DNA of 63,873 nt, filler included, from Octopus bimaculoides (taxonomy: Eukaryota): assembly GCF_001194135.2 (NCBI RefSeq). It is 5 parts of 4 records of this genome, joined end to end, with 100 filler letters (N's around TTAATTAATTAA, not from the genome) between each part and the next. Parts side by side here need not be neighbours in the genome. Positions count along the whole stretch, not along the records: positions 1 to 29,420 come from NC_069004.1; positions 29,521 to 32,840 come from NC_068983.1; positions 32,941 to 46,583 come from NC_068983.1; 2 more parts are not named here. One strand, 5' to 3'. Below, in pieces: positions 25,599 through 38,830 of this stretch. The notes below the pieces were generated by a model that was not told where the DNA came from, made no database searches, and was given only the letters and a program-made list of their open reading frames with translations. A program made the translations under genes and the position numbers. Position 1 is the first letter of the stretch; each line of letters starts with the position of its first letter.

Positions 25599-27229
25599 CG
25601 CTACGGTCAACTGCATTCTAAGACCAAACTGGTTACAATACAGAAGGTACTTTGGCTCCAGGTTACATTAACCATCCAGGAAGGAACAGATGCCAAGGCA
25701 GATAATAGAACAAAAAGTGAGATCTGAGGGGTAAACGGAAGTCATGTACTAAATACGTTCTATCCATCTTAGAGTGTAAGGTGTATATGGCCGAAACACT
25801 TGAACGATACGGTGGTGAGTTGTTCTGAAGCAACTTTGCTGTTGAGCTTTCTCTAGAGTTTCTTACTATGGAGATCTCATAAACTCTCGGATGGAAATAA
25901 ACTTTACAAAATATTATGAAAAAAAAAAAAAAAAAAAANNNNNNNNNNNNNNNNNNNNNNNNNNNNNNNNNNNNNNNNNNNNNNNNNNNNNNNNNNNNNN
26001 NNNNNNNNNNNNNNNNNNNNNNNNNNNNNNNNNNNNNNNNNNNNNNNNNNNNNNNNNNNNNNNNNNNNNNNNNNNNNNNNNNNNNNNNNNNNNNNNNNNN
26101 NNNNNNNNNNNNNNNNNNNNNNNNNNNNNNNNNNNNNNNNNNNNNNNNNNNNNNNNNNNNNNNNNNNNNNNNNNNNNNNNNNNNNNNNNNNNNNNNNNNN
26201 NNNNNNNNNNNNNNNNNNNNNNNNNNNNNNNNNNNNNNNNNNNNNNNNNNNNNNNNNNNNNNNNNNNNNNNNNNNNNNNNNNNNNNNNNNNNNNNNNNNN
26301 NNNNNNNNNNNNNNNNNNNNNNNNNNNNNNNNNNNNNNNNNNNNNNNNNNNNNNNNNNNNNNNNNNNNNNNNNNNNNNNNNNNNNNNNNNNNNNNNNNNN
26401 NNNNNNNNNNNNNNNNNNNNNNNNNNNNNNNNNNNNNNNNNNNNNNNNNNNNNNNNNNNNNNNNNNNNNNNNNNNNNNNNNNNNNNNNNNNNNNNNNNNN
26501 NNNNNNNNNNNNNNNNNNNNNNNNNNNNNNNNNNNNNNNNNNNNNNNNNNNNNNNNNNNNNNNNNNNNNNNNNNNNNNNNNNNNNNNNNNNNNNNNNNNN
26601 NNNNNNNNNNNNNNNNNNNNNNNNNNNNNNNNNNNNNNNNNNNNNNNNNNNNTATATATATATATATATGCATATATATACATATATGTATGTAAGTGTA
26701 TATGCATAGCTGTATGTATGTGTGTATATACACAGATGCCTCAGTATGGCGCAGCAGACTTTAATCGTGACTGACAAGATTGATGGTATTCACTCGTGTT
26801 TGCTACATTTCATGTAATTGCATAAGTGTGTGTGTATGTGTATGTATGCGTGTGTGTGTGTGCGTGCGTACATGTGTGAATTTCCTTCGCTTTGCAAGGA
26901 AATATACATAGACATACATATATATACATAAATATATATTTATTTGCTATGTTTACTTAATTATTTTTACATTTATATCATTTATTTCTATATTTTCTAC
27001 CTTATATATTTGTTATCTTCTCACATTACAAAACTATATTTGTATATTTATATTTCGTATTATTCAATTATTTGATCATTATCTTCTATTTATATTTGTT
27101 CATATTCATTCATTATTTCTTTGCTTCCTAATATAATTATATGTAACATTTTACTTTTCAGTATGCGTTCATATTGTTATATTTTTTACATTTCTACCAG
27201 AAACATATATATACATACATACACACACA

Positions 27230-27334
27230 CCGAAACGTCAAAGACTTTCCGTATTCCCGAGCGTCATACTAATATATACTTTTGTTATTTACACCACCTG
27301 TCCTCGTCTGTTGTTATTTTTTGTATATTCTCCC
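27230..27334 (+). mobile_element. Penelope-type terminal repeat fragment, copy 1
   Basis: Starts CCGAAACGTCAAAGAC (hammerhead GAAAC-GUC half-core), ends ATTCTCCC-(AT)n; aligns over ~85 bp with 37065-37150. Confidence 0.55.
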
Positions 27335-27483
27335 ATATATATATATACACATATATATGCGATTTTGTGTGTGTGTGTGTGTGAGTATGTGTAGGTGTGT
27401 GTATGCGTGTGTGCATGCGTGTGTGCGTTTGCGCGCGTGAGTTTGTGTATACAGATGTATATATATATAAATAGATATATATA

Positions 27484-27551
27484 TTCTTTGATTCTTTTTT
27501 TCTTTTACTTGTTTCAGTTGTTTGACTGCGGCCATGCTGGAGCACCACCTT
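27484..27551 (-). mobile_element. SINE family B 3' tail
   Basis: CTTTTACTTGTTTCAG..TGACTGCGGCCATGCTGGAGCACCACCTT is the reverse complement of 53127-53175. Confidence 0.85.
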
Positions 27552-27579
27552 TCCGCGCATGTCCACTCCACACACGCTC

Positions 27580-27617
<38 letters not shown>

Positions 27618-28721
27618 CGGCAACAAACGTCTATTTCTTGAAAATGGGATCATAACCCCGAAATATTGAATACAAGGTAAGTCTACATTAATTCACATAT
27701 TTGCTTTCTTGTGATTTACCTTGCATTTACTTCACATTGTTTTGGCTTACTTACGACCTTTTATGCATATATATNNNNNNNNNNNNNNNNNNNNNNNNNN
27801 NNNNNNNNNNNNNNNNNNNNNNNNNNNNNNNNNNNNNNNNNNNNNNNNNNNNNNNNNNNNNNNNNNNNNNNNNNNNNNNNNNNNNNNNNNNNNNNNNNNN
27901 NNNNNNNNNNNNNNNNNNNNNNNNNNNNNNNNNNNNNNNNNNNNNNNNNNNNNNNNNNNNNNNNNNNNNNNNNNNNNNNNNNNNNNNNNNNNNNNNNNNN
28001 NNNNNNNNNNNNNNNNNNNNNNNNNNNNNNNNNNNNNNNNNNNNNNNNNNNNNNNNNNNNNNNNNNNNNNNNNNNNNNNNNNNNNNNNNNNNNNNNNNNN
28101 NNNNNNNNNNNNNNNNNNNNNNNNNNNNNNNNNNNNNNNNNNNNNNNNNNNNNNNNNNNNNNNNNNNNNNNNNNNNNNNNNNNNNNNNNNNNNNNNNNNN
28201 NNNNNNNNNNNNNNNNNNNNNNNNNNNNNNNNNNNNNNNNNNNNNNNNNNNNNNNNNNNNNNNNNNNNNNNNNNNNNNNNNNNNNNNNNNNNNNNNNNNN
28301 NNNNNNNNNNNNNNNNNNNNNNNNNNNNNNNNNNNNNNNNNNNNNNNNNNNNNNNNNNNNNNNNNNNNNNNNNNNNNNNNNNNNNNNNNNNNNNNNNNNN
28401 NNNNNNNNNNNNNNNNNNNNNNNNNNNNNNNNNNNNNNNNNNNNNNNNNNNNNNNNNNNNNNNNNNNNNNNNNNNNNNNNNNNNNNNNNNNNNNNNNNNN
28501 NNNNNNNNNNNNNNNNNNNNNNNNNNNNNNNNNNNNNNNNNNNNNNNNNNNNNNNNNNNNNNNNNNNNNNTATATATGTTTGTATATACATATATATATA
28601 TATGTAAGTATGTATATGTATATATGTATGTAAGTGTATATGAATATATGTGAGCCTGTATGCATGTATGCATCAGGTAGGTATATTTCTATATCATTTG
28701 CTCTCTCTTTACGCACACACG

Positions 28722-28767
<46 letters not shown>

Positions 28768-29420
28768 CATATATATACATGTGTTTATAAAATATATCTA
28801 AATATGTATATATAGATATATATCTCTGTGTGTGTGAGTTTATGTATGTATGTATACGTATGTAAGTATATGTAAATCTATGTATATATGTGTCCACTAC
28901 ACATATTTATAAGGAAGTGATATGGAGATATGTGCAGCGTTATGGTAGCGGATATCAGAGAGATAATTAAGTTGTCTGAGAACGGAATCTTCTGATATTG
29001 TGCCAATTTCGACATTCGCTTGATTTGCCAAGCAAGAACTCCTTCCTGATCCAATGGTTTCCAGTGTCAAATATTCGACATACAACAGTGCGTTAAAATT
29101 TGGCAAAATTTGAAAAAAAAAGGATATAACGCGAATACAGTAATATAATATAATGCATTCTAATATGCGTACGTTCACACACATACACACATATATATAC
29201 ATAAGAATACACGTGTATATATGTATGTACATGTATATATATATATACAAACATATATATATATATACAAACATATATATGTATATAAAATATACAAGTA
29301 CTTCTATATAATATATATATATATATACACACACACATATATATGTACGTGTGTGCGTGCTCGCGACTGTATTTATATACTTATTCATACGTATGTTTGT
29401 ATGTATATATATATATATAT

Positions 29421-29520
29421 NNNNNNNNNNNNNNNNNNNNNNNNNNNNNNNNNNNNNNNNNNNNTTAATTAATTAANNNNNNNNNNNNNNNNNNNNNNNN
29501 NNNNNNNNNNNNNNNNNNNN
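29421..29520. other. Scaffolding spacer 44N-TTAATTAATTAA-44N (1 of 4)
   Basis: Identical 100-nt structure at four places; the 12-mer has stop codons in all six frames. Confidence 0.9.
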
Positions 29521-29560
<40 letters not shown>

Positions 29561-30124
29561 GTGTACTTGTGCATATATATGTATACACACACATATATAT
29601 ACACTCATGCGTCCACATTTATACATATGCACATACGTACCCACGCATATACAAATATACACATATGTGTGCATGTCCCCATATACACATATGTATCCAT
29701 TTATATATACACATGTATAAATAGAAATAGACTGATACGCATACACATAGCTATACATCTCCGCATATTACCTAATAAAATAAACAGATGCGTATATACA
29801 TATACATACATGTATACATACGTAAACACACGCATGCACATACATACATACATACATACAAATACATATATATATATATATATTGATACTGATATATATA
29901 AATGTGATGCATGGGGATACGCGAATGTAACCAATTTATATCCATCAGAACGTTTTAAATGAGAATAAGAAAGTGGATTATTATAATGTGACAGTTCCAA
30001 TTAAACAGACTTGCTCTTTCATTGCTGTCTTTCCCTGCCATATTTCCTGTTTTCCGTGTTTTCCGGACACGCAAAGACATGTCCGCACATACACTCGAAC
30101 AGGTGTACATCTTTACTCTCTCTC

Positions 30125-30156
<32 letters not shown>

Positions 30157-32242
30157 GAGCGCCAACACACAGGCCCGCACACGTACGTACATACACACAT
30201 GCATACGCACGCAAACACACTTCATTTCACAATTCGCACTACTTTCTCTCACTATCAAATAGAGATCACACGTTAACTGGGAACTCATTTAGTTGATAGA
30301 ATCTAATCATGTACTTGACTGTTACTTATTTATTAACCTTGGATGTAATTAGAATATGATTACTAATACTTCGATTAGTGAAAGAATATTTCTAATAAAC
30401 TCATTATTGTCATAGAATTAGTCAGACTAAGACATAAGTGCAAATATTTTTAACATGTATAATGCTTGTTCTTGGAAAGAAACAATACTACAAGCATACA
30501 AATTAATAGTATTCCAAGGCTAATAAGCTGCATAGAACAAAATATCAATCAGATGCAGCGTTTATAGTTAGATAAACCAAATCACTCATTTGCATGTCAT
30601 GAACGAAAGAGTTTTAGATGAAACAGTACGTCAGCCTAACCGAAGTTCAGTTTCTTATTTCAATACCTTATCAAGTCAAGCAACTACAATTCCCATGAAT
30701 ATCTTTAAGTATGAATGGAGATTGTACTCACTTGATATATAGTACGCATATTGCTTACTTGTCTGATACTAGCGAGCTTTGTATACGTATCAACGCACAT
30801 ATTTGGGCTTGACTAGACTGTATTTTCGTTACATCGAATGATACCAGCTTTAGGCATGACAGATTAGTAGAATATAAAATTTGCACGTAAACAAAAAGAA
30901 AAGAGTATTTCATAATTCGGACATTAAGCCCGGATATCTTTGAGAAAGTTGTTCTGCTCAAGCCTTTCCTCACAAACAAATAAATAAACAAAAAAATAAA
31001 AATAAATAAATATAAAGAGTAAAATAAAACGAAGAAAAAAATAAAGTATGTTGATAAATTTGTGCGCGAAATAATCAAAATCATAATTTGAAATCAGCTC
31101 AGACGGATTTTCTCTAATTCGTTTTTCTCCCCTGTAAGAAATATAACATTCGACCGTTGAAAAAAAGTAAACTTTAAATGTTCCTTTTCTTTAAAGTTTT
31201 GCATTTTTGTTTAGCAACAATGACGATGAGTTTGAAATGGGAAAAATGGTAATTACTTGTTCTCCTGTCTCCACCAGGAGTACTAGGAGAAGGTGTAACA
31301 TAATATGAACTAAACCTCGAGCTGAAACTGCACTAGATTTAGCAGTTCACTGTTTTGCACTCAGTTGCTGTAACTCCTATACAATAAAAGTAACCTTTGG
31401 AAGAAAAATGCAAACACAAAGGGGAAAAAAGCAAACAGTATTTGAAATTTCGAAAATTGAAAGACCTTACAATAGAGTTAATCAATAATGCAAATTATCA
31501 ATGAAGCAAATTACACCATGAAATAAAGGAAAAGAACAGGACCAGTAAAAAAAAGAATAAGAAGAATAAAAATGTATTTTGTAACACCGTAATATTTAAT
31601 TAATAAAGTTAATTAAAAGTGGATTCCAAGAATAAAGTATGAAATAAAGAATATTTGTATTGTGAATTCGAAAGGGTAATAAACTATTAAACCAACGTGA
31701 ATCGAAAATGAAATATAATATCTATGCTGAAATTTAAATTAATATCAACGGATAGTGGATTATATTTCAAATATTCGATAAAAATAGCGCCATAGTTCCT
31801 GGCTGAAAGAGCAGTCAGGCTAAACACTTTAAAGCATCACCCGGTTGTGAGATTTCAAATGTCAACTGTTGATGTTATTATTTCCTATGCATTGCAAGGT
31901 CGATAAAACTGATAGCTTCCTTTGATACAAAATATAGTGAGGAATATAGTCAATCAAAGAGAAAACACTATAGTTTTGACATGTATTTCTCCGCACCCAG
32001 ATGATTTGAAGTTAAATGCGATAGATTAATTCAGATTTGTAGTCAGAATGTTGACAGATGGAATTCTATTTCCTAAGATTACAGGACAAGTTACGCTAAA
32101 ATATCCAAGAGACTCTAATCCTTGAATTCACCAATGTATCTTTCTAGCACAGATCTTCATCTCTCACTCATAATACATGTATCCATCAATACGTCTGCCT
32201 GCATGTCTGTCTGTACGTCTATATGTATGTATATTATGTATG

Positions 32243-32276
<34 letters not shown>

Positions 32277-32544
32277 TATTTGTATGTATGTAAGTATTTA
32301 TGTACGTATGTCTGTATTAAGTGTGTGTACGCGCTCGTGTGCATTTGAGTGTGTGTGCGTGTATGTATGTATGTATGTATGTATCTATGCATTTGTGTAT
32401 GTACTTATGTTTGTATGTATGACAAAAATAGCGTTCCATGAACTGGCGGAAAGAACATTTGATTTGAATTGCTATATCTATGTATTTATGAAAGTATGTA
32501 TATAAATATGTGGATGTGTGTTTGTGTGTGTGTGGGTATGCACA

Positions 32545-32840
32545 GATATCACACCCATATTCCTACTGAATATCCGGGGCCTATTACGAACAGGCGGCAA
32601 AGACAAGTTCCTATACTTGAAAGACCTAGTAACATGCAATCAAGCAATATGCATGGTGCTTACCGAAACGCATCTAACACCTAATATAGCAGATGCGGAG
32701 ATAAATATACCAGAGTATGCCGTACTCCGAACAGACAGAAGGGATAGAAGTCATGGGGGAGTTGCAATGTACATCCGAGAAGATGTCACACCCCTACTAC
32801 TACTATCACACTCAAACTCTGTATGTGATACTTTAATAGT
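32545..32840 (+). mobile_element. Non-LTR retrotransposon AP-endonuclease (EEP) domain fragment, CR1/L2/Jockey-like
   Basis: Uninterrupted frame IFLLNIRGL...ICMVLTETHL...INIPEYAVLRTDRRDRSHGGVAMYIREDV (N.RGL, LTETHL, DR....GGV.Y motifs); cut by a scaffold spacer. Confidence 0.92.
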
Positions 32841-32940
32841 NNNNNNNNNNNNNNNNNNNNNNNNNNNNNNNNNNNNNNNNNNNNTTAATTAATTAANNNN
32901 NNNNNNNNNNNNNNNNNNNNNNNNNNNNNNNNNNNNNNNN
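32841..32940. other. Scaffolding spacer (2 of 4)
   Basis: 44N-TTAATTAATTAA-44N. Confidence 0.9.
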
Positions 32941-33625
32941 ATATATATATATATATATATATATATATACGTTAATAAGTCTATATCTAATTGTTTCTGT
33001 TTTCTTTCAATGTCTTAACCAACATCCGATAACTACAATACCTCCCAAGAACATGAATTAGTTACAGGATAATAACAAATGGGATGACATCCGAAAACTC
33101 TATCAACTACACCGTTCCACTAATTCTGACTGTCTCTATATTCTTTCAGCTTTCGAAAATTATCTAAACGTCTTGAGGAGAATGGTTTGAAAGATGACTA
33201 TTCCATAAATTGCTTGTTTAATTAATCAAATAATTAATCAATTAAGCATGCAAACCACAGTGAGTAATGGGTACAGGTCTACACATACTTAGAAACATAT
33301 GTAAGCAAATAAACTATCATATGAAGAAAACCTTTCATTCTTTATTTGATTACTCGGTATGTGTGCGTGTGTGTGTGTGTTTGTCTCTGTGTATGTGTTT
33401 TTGTGTGTGCGTGTGTTTATGTATCTATGTGTATGTGTGTGCGCGTGTATGTGTATTTCAGCTTTCCTTGGTCACCGAAAGTCTAGATTTTCTAATGCAG
33501 TCTGGTTAGGTACGAGAAATCCGCGTAATACATCAGATGTGTTTACTAAGATTATGACGATAGACACTTCGAGAAGAAGAGCAAGACAATGACACACACA
33601 CACGCACACGCATACGCACCCCCCA

Positions 33626-33661
<36 letters not shown>

Positions 33662-33879
33662 CCCACATGTATTAGAAGTTTGATTTAAATTTCATTGAAA
33701 ATTTAGTGAATACGTTATATTCATAAAATAAAGTTCCTTTCTGAGTATTATACTGATTATTACAATATCCCTGTACTATAGAAGAAAAAAATGAGAAATG
33801 ATATATACTTTTAACAAAATAATGTAAAATATAGTTCGATTATTCTTTTAGTTTTCTTTCATTTTCTCTTAGATGTAGA

Positions 33880-34400
33880 AGTCGAATGCGAGACGTATCT
33901 TTCTTAAAGCCTTCTCGATTTCATCCAATACATCACTCTTCGTCCTCAAACCAGTTTTGTACTGCCACTTACCGCACCTACATATTCGTCGATTTCGGCT
34001 TTCCCTGTACTTTTCCGTCTGCTTCTCTGTGTCCATCTTTCTTCCTGAAATCCTTTCCTGTCGGTTCTTTTGCGCTGTGAACTCTCACCCAAAATAATTC
34101 TTCTTTTCAGTTAATGTTTAACTACTCCTCTCTATAGTATTTCATCGTTCTGATTTTCCTTTTAATCTTCTGACTCACCTCTTCCATTTTCTGCTGCCAT
34201 ATACTATTGCTGGTAAGACATACAAGGGGTGGAGTGCACTCCCCCTTTTAATAAGACTTCAGTTATGGGTATCTTGGCTGTTGCACACTGGTAAATATTT
34301 CTAAGGCTTTCGATTTTCCCATTTATATCTCTTAAAATGAAGGATCTGAGAAACCTTATGATCCACTGGACCAAGGCAATTTTCATACACTTTGTAGTCT
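33880..34400 (-). mobile_element. Highly degenerate RTE-clade LINE, RT C-terminal region
   Basis: Minus-strand pieces YVLPAIVYGSRKW (cf. CVLPAMTYGSETW), LNIN*KE, ERWTQR and QGKPKS (cf. GRPKTRW); many stops and frameshifts. Confidence 0.45.
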
Positions 34401-35117
34401 ATGTAGCGAAGGTAGTATTCATTTCACGATTAATTGCATGTAGATCCCAAATATCTATAACTCATAACCCACTAGAATGAAAGATCCATATGTCAAAGAG
34501 ATTCGATATTTTCACTAGTGAACGACTCGCGCACTTTATTAATTAATTGATGGCTTCATTTAAAGCTACCCGATGTAGAAGTGCTAATGGTGAATTTAGC
34601 CTTCTTTTAATCATTGCATAATCAATTTGCGCATGGAATAGTTTAGTTTTAAAATTAGTTTATTCCTTGAAACTTAACAAATTCTTTTAATCTATCAGGG
34701 TAGTTAAACGACAAAAGGCGAAGTGAATTATGCAAAAGTTTATTGCCATTAGAACTGTGGCAAAGAATTTTCAAATGAATGTTGTCGTTTCTGTTTTGTC
34801 GCTACACAATCGGTAAAGAATTTTCGAAGTGATACAGCAATCTGTGGACGCTAAACACCTTCATCAAACTTGGTGTTACATGTATTGGAAACGTTCTAAT
34901 TAATTACGTGTTCCTCTAAAGCAGCCAAACCGATTACAGGTACTAGGGAACACGGAGAAAGAAACTCTGTACCTCGTTTTCCTCCGTTTCTCGGAGGAAA
35001 TTTGCTAGCGACAAGTATTGAGAGTCGCATACAAAGGAATTTGCTTATTAAAGCAAAATGCGTCGGCTAATACCGCTTTCATGTACTTTAATCAAAAAAT
35101 GCAATGCTGTATCAATG

Positions 35118-35179
<62 letters not shown>

Positions 35180-36882
35180 TTCTAGCTTTCTCTGATGTAG
35201 CATGTCCAATAGATATCTCTCCAGCCTTCAAGTATAGCACTATATGCGCGTATATAAGTTTATGAAAATACCAGAAAACTTCCAGAAGGAAGATAACTCG
35301 TCAGGGCACTGTATGGTATAAAGGACCAGAACGTCTCACAGAGCAAAATGTGTGTAGAGGGACCCCAACGAGATGGATAAACTTGCCAGGCTTCAAACTC
35401 CCAACACAGATATATATATTTTAATTCCAGACTCTCTATACCTTGAAGCAATGAATTTCGGGTGGTGTTCAAAATTCTAAATGCAATAGATTTCTAAAAA
35501 TCTTAAAGCATGCTCCCTAGTAGTATTGTGGATTAGACGAAAATGGAGATCTTTATAATGTAGTCTACCAAATATAATTTTCACCGATACAGGGAAGTAC
35601 TTTCGTTAAAAGAAAAGGAAGTTTATTCAAGTAAAGACTAAGCGTGGACAAATTTCTGATCTGTGGAAATGCGTGTGGAATTAAAGGATAATGTAGTGTG
35701 AAAGCGGGTGTTGCCAGGCGTGAAAAACTGTTGGCGAAATATTTTCCTTGCTGCTCCATGTTTGATATCCGAAAGAAATTCAGAGAAATATCCTGCTTCA
35801 AGATTGTAAGGGTAAGTATCTGGGTTTTCTTGTCGGGCAAAGGCACATACGAGGGAGTTATGGGCTTTGTTAAACGTAAATTTCTGCCTTCAAAAAGAGA
35901 CGCATCTTACAATGGAGGTGGCAGCAGTGTACCGAATTTGTTTACAATATGATATGTGTTGAAATAGTCAGACAAATATATCAACATTGTGGCTTCTGAT
36001 GAAGCATAACACGGCCACATATACCGCCGTCTTAAAATAGTTGCACATCCAATACGATATATTTGAATAATAAAATAAATATTATGGGAGTCATGTCATC
36101 ATTTACTCTGCAATATTTAACATGAAAATATCTTGTGAATTATGTTCGGAAATTTAGTGCATATGGAAGAAAATATTGATAGTAATTTTTTTTTTTGAAA
36201 AACGTTTTTACTTTACAACCTTATTTAAGTACTATCCTAAGTTAATTAAAAAAACAATGTAGTGTTTAAATGAATTTTTCTCATCTGGTGTATTTAAATC
36301 GTTTTAATGTCAATATTTGTATTTATTTCTTCGAATTATATGCAAGATATTTACGTCATTAGGAAAGGTGATTGTTAACACAAGTAAAAAAAGTCCGTTG
36401 TTTGGGAGACGACTATTCTAAATTTAAATATGTTTAATATGTTAGAATCATTTAATATTCATTTCTAAAAAGACACATTTCTTTTGCATTCAGAGTAAAT
36501 TATCAACTGTTATTGGACAGGCGTCACATCAAATCTTTAAATTGCTTCCGGAGAGATTTCAAAATCTGTTTGCTTCGTAAGACAAAATAGAAAGATTTCT
36601 GTTTATTTGATTCTTGCAAAATATAAAATGATATCACAAAAAAATATAACACAGGAAGAAAGATAAGATTAAGTATTTAAGCAAAAAACAACAACCACAA
36701 ACCAAAAAAGTAAAGAGCATGCAGAAAATATATACGCATCCATCTACACTATGCTAAATAGACTTCATATAATTCAGCTGAGACAAATTCCAGGAATGGC
36801 GATAATTTCAGTTGCATAAGCTATATTTATCTGGCGGGCGGGTGTAATGTGATAACACACACGCACGCACGCACACACACGC

Positions 36883-36915
<33 letters not shown>

Positions 36916-37064
36916 NNNNNNNNNNATTAAAACATATATAAATTAGTTGCGCAGTTATATAGCCGTTTTACTTATTGGTTAATTTTGAAACTTCTAAATT
37001 ACATATCTATAGTAATGCTCACATTTGGCGCATTTCATGTCTATCTTCCTTGTTATAAATGTAT

Positions 37065-37148
37065 GTATTCCCGAGCGTTAAACTAATACATCCTTTTGTT
37101 GTTTACACGACCTGTCCTCGTCTGTTGGTGTTTTTTTCGTAAATTCTC

Positions 37149-37150
<2 letters not shown>
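37065..37150 (+). mobile_element. Penelope-type terminal repeat fragment, copy 2
   Basis: GTATTCCCGAGCGTTAAACTAATAC...CCTGTCCTCGTCTGTTG...AATTCTCCC-(AT)n; paralog of 27230-27334. Confidence 0.55.
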
Positions 37151-37191
<41 letters not shown>

Positions 37192-37357
37192 TATATATAT
37201 ACATGCATATGCATTTATGTATATACATATATATACATATATGTATATCGATCTATCAATCTATCTATACATACATGCACACACACACACACACACACAC
37301 ACCCATATATATCTGTGTGTCTAATGTGTACGTATCTGTTAGTTTAGCGTGTGTATA

Positions 37358-37529
37358 TGTTGTGTCGACGCCCCCTTGACGATGAAGTAGGCTAGCCCAA
37401 TACGTAGGTATAGAGGGAAAAGTCTAGACGTCGGAGTAGTTGAGTAGAAGTCATCCGAACGTGCGATATAACGGTGCCGACGAGGATTTCGTAGATCACA
37501 CAGCCACTGTGTAGTATTGCGATATAACA
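37358..37529. mobile_element. 172-bp GC-rich element with TGT...ACA termini (solo LTR or MITE-like)
   Basis: Begins TGTTGTGTCG, ends CGATATAACA (reverse complement TGTTATATCG, 8/10 match); embedded in AT/GT microsatellite; only ATA matches on both flanks. Confidence 0.45.
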
Positions 37530-38039
37530 ATATGTATGAATTTATATACTCATGTCTTTATCTCTCAACACACACTCACACACATATTTTGTGTGTTATC
37601 CTCTTTAAATTTGGTTCCATCATCGTGGAATACACGACGCAAATGTAGATTTTTACATTCTTTCCTTTGAACATTGGCAATATGTTCGTTTCAACTGACA
37701 AGATATTGTCAAGTGCAAATATTTCAGAAGTTATTGTTTTCCTAGATTTAAGTAGAGCACCGCAAAAACTAAATGAATTCATCGTGACTAGTAATCATAA
37801 ACGATATTATTATGATGCGGATCAATGAATATAAAAAGACCACAAACCAGATCTGAATAGAAAACGAAGTATTAGATTGATTAACTGAGCAAAGTCGGAT
37901 ACAGAGGACATTACAAAGAAATAAACTGTTCCCAAAGACTAAATATAAAACGTAACTTAATCTGTAGATTAATCCATTTATGACAATTGAGTGGTTGAGA
38001 TATAACACTTGGTGATAAGAATTAATGATAAGCGGTGGG

Positions 38040-38830
38040 CTACATAAAAATATTGCTGATAAGGCCAGTTACTATTCCTCAATCAGCTTTTCTCTCTAAA
38101 GGAAGTTATTTGTTATGTTTCATCAACTACCCATATTAATGACAGTAAAATATGATTTACTCTCCAAGCTAGAATGTTTCTAGCAAATTTCGATAAGTCA
38201 TTCGGATAACACATCGCCAAAAATTCACTTTGATTTATGTAGCGATGTTAGTAACTAGGCGTAGGCAACAAGCCTGGTCGGGATGCATGTTGTCTGCAAT
38301 ATGGAATTATGTCTAACAAACAGGCCCGATATTGGACTCGTTATTACAACTGACAGAAACTCATAGAATAATGACAGTAGTAGGAATAACTTCCACTAAT
38401 TTTTAGGGAGGTAATGCTATTAATTTCCAGGGTATAAAATCTTAGATAACTGTATCTACTGCCGTATAGAAAACCAACCAAATAATCCATTATGTGAGCA
38501 AAAACGTCACCTAATATAAGGCCATTACAAAATCCTAGTGAAAAGTAACTCCCTTTAGGATATATACAATTTTGGCAAAAAGAAATATCTTATAAGGCTT
38601 CGAAACATGGTATAAAGAATTATAGGTTTTCGGTAGAAATCACAACTACCAAGGAGAAAAAGGAACAAAACGAAAGACACCTAAATATATGAACAAAATC
38701 TGGTATAATCCACCACACCAACCGTCGGTTACTACAAATTTGTAACGATATACATTTTATTGATAGACACTTTCACATGAATAGAAATAGGACAGAAATT
38801 TTAACCAAAATAATGATGAAGCATTATAGT
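38040..38830 (+). mobile_element. Highly degenerate Penelope-like element RT/linker remnant
   Basis: Frameshifted fragments YYSSISFSL, TLQARMFLANFD, PYRKP/NQIIHYVSKN, KIWYNPP, IDRHF (cf. FYPSIS, YRKPN..LYIN..SNHP, IIWFNPPY, LIDKHFP of PLE RTs). Confidence 0.65.

Noticed and set aside
28897-29110. About 70 non-repetitive open codons on the minus strand
   Set aside because: No acceptor site, no recognisable motif; length compatible with chance.
33968-34182. Two perfect minus-strand donors (AG|GTGAGT, CG|GTAAGT)
   Set aside because: Lie inside the decayed RTE-like remnant, and no coherent exon chain could be built.
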